From an uncultured Nitrososphaerales archaeon (GTDB lineage: Archaea > Thermoproteota > Nitrososphaeria > Nitrososphaerales > Nitrososphaeraceae): a stretch of 64,000 bases of DNA. Under the pieces are notes generated by a model. That model had not been told where the DNA came from, ran no database searches, and saw only the letters and a list, made by a program, of their open reading frames with translations. A program made the translations under genes and the position numbers. The stretch covers positions 32,001 to 96,000 of the forward strand of contig CAVPXM010000047.1 of assembly GCA_963709405.1 (NCBI GenBank), given 5' to 3'. Shown one piece after another: positions 63,110 through 64,000 of this stretch. Positions within the stretch are counted from its first letter, which is position 1. Each line of letters begins with the position of its first letter.

Positions 63110-63397
63110 TTAAAGATGCCATGGCAATGCATTCTCCACTATATTTGTTGGGATATGGTCCCGCCACTTTCGCAGAAATTCTAGGTCCTTTTGCTTGTCC
63201 CGTAAATCATCAGGTAACATAACTGGGATTTGCTCAAGGATTGGATAAAATCGTGTGCATCTATCACAATATAAGATTCCGGTGTTAATGATTTCATCAT
63301 TTGTATTTTCATCTCGAATTACACTGATTTCAGTTAATGTCAGAGGATAATGTTTGTCGATTGGGCAGGCTAGGATACTAAGCATTGATTTTTTCAA
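63110..63397 (-). CDS. Trm112 family protein
   Basis: LSILACPIDK, GILYCDRC.RFYPI..IPVMLP. Confidence 0.9.
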   Translation of the reverse strand: MKKSMLSILACPIDKHYPLTLTEISVIRDENTNDEIINTGILYCDRCTRFYPILEQIPVMLPDDLRDKQKDLEFLRKWRDHIPTNIVENALPWHL

Positions 63398-63402
63398 TTT
63401 GC

Positions 63403-64000
63403 CTATCTCAAATCCAGATATATTGGCGAGCCAGTGTTGCTAGACAAAAGTGCGGCCTCTGCCACACGTGTAACATTAACTGCGTCTGTAGCCGAAGCTA
63501 GCGGTGTGCTTTTTTCTCCTCTAATAGCAGATAGAAAGCTCCCTAATTCTAATATAAGAGGTTCCTGAAAATGATGCCTTCGCGGTATCAGAGTGGCTTC
63601 ACCATGATCGATCTTGATCTCTTGCGTAATAAAATCACCTGAGATTATACCTTCAGTACATACTGCACTAAACATCCTTACCTTTTTTGGAGTAATCCAA
63701 TTAGATGCTATTATCGCAACCTTTTGATTATCAAACCCCAACATGATGGTGGCAAAGTCTTCATATGAATGAAATTTCTTTCCTGCTCTAGCAAATACCA
63801 TATTCGGTGTACCGTTAAATAGAAACATCGCAGTATCAATATCATGGACTGATGTGTCGTAGATTATACCAACGTCTCTTATATGTAAAGGCATTCTATT
63901 TTCTCTGTGAAATTCCATCATTATAAGGTCACCGTATTGTTTGCTATCTATGATTTGCTTGAAATCTTGCACTGCTGGATTAAACCGTTCAATATAACCA
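63403..64000 (-). CDS. Gfo/Idh/MocA oxidoreductase (WbpB/WlbA-like), partial, runs off window end
   Basis: GYIERFNPAV at window edge, RDVGIIYDTSVHDID, ASNWITPKKVR, EPL..EL. Confidence 0.87.
   Translation of the reverse strand, partial: GYIERFNPAVQDFKQIIDSKQYGDLIMMEFHRENRMPLHIRDVGIIYDTSVHDIDTAMFLFNGTPNMVFARAGKKFHSYEDFATIMLGFDNQKVAIIASNWITPKKVRMFSAVCTEGIISGDFITQEIKIDHGEATLIPRRHHFQEPLILELGSFLSAIRGEKSTPLASATDAVNVTRVAEAALLSSNTGSPIYLDLR

Noticed and set aside
1-64000. Mobile elements, proviruses, CRISPR arrays, rRNA, and the many short antisense ORFs in the track
   Set aside because: No transposase or integrase, no tRNA 3'-end duplication (att site), no regular repeats and no rRNA signature seen; the antisense ORFs overlap well-supported genes.

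Overview
Core-genome segment of an ammonia-oxidising-type archaeon (Nitrososphaerota, most likely Nitrososphaeraceae; inferred from gene content: single-chain RpoA and RpoB, acetyl/propionyl-CoA carboxylase cluster, TBP, L7Ae, archease, BHB-intron tRNAs). It holds ribosomal/RNAP/translation genes, sdhACDB, larB/larC/larE plus a cysteine desulfurase, surface-sugar genes and three tRNAs (Thr-CGT; Leu-TAG with two introns; Gln-TTG with a D-arm intron). I found no mobile element, CRISPR array or rRNA. About 15 genes, several essential, are broken by single +1 insertions; I read these as assembly errors, not pseudogenes, and all can be placed at or beside AGCT, GTAC or GCWGC, which may be a methylation footprint. 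Best candidates for undescribed biology: (1) a half-length deoxyhypusine-hydroxylase-like HEAT protein with two His-Glu motifs; (2) a hypothetical protein with a hidden, altered trans-prenyltransferase motif set; (3) a nickel-pincer cofactor pathway whose only visible LarA-fold protein has lost catalytic residues; (4) an uncalled 38-aa B-box/HIT-type zinc-finger microprotein. All family calls come from motif recognition by eye; no searches were run.
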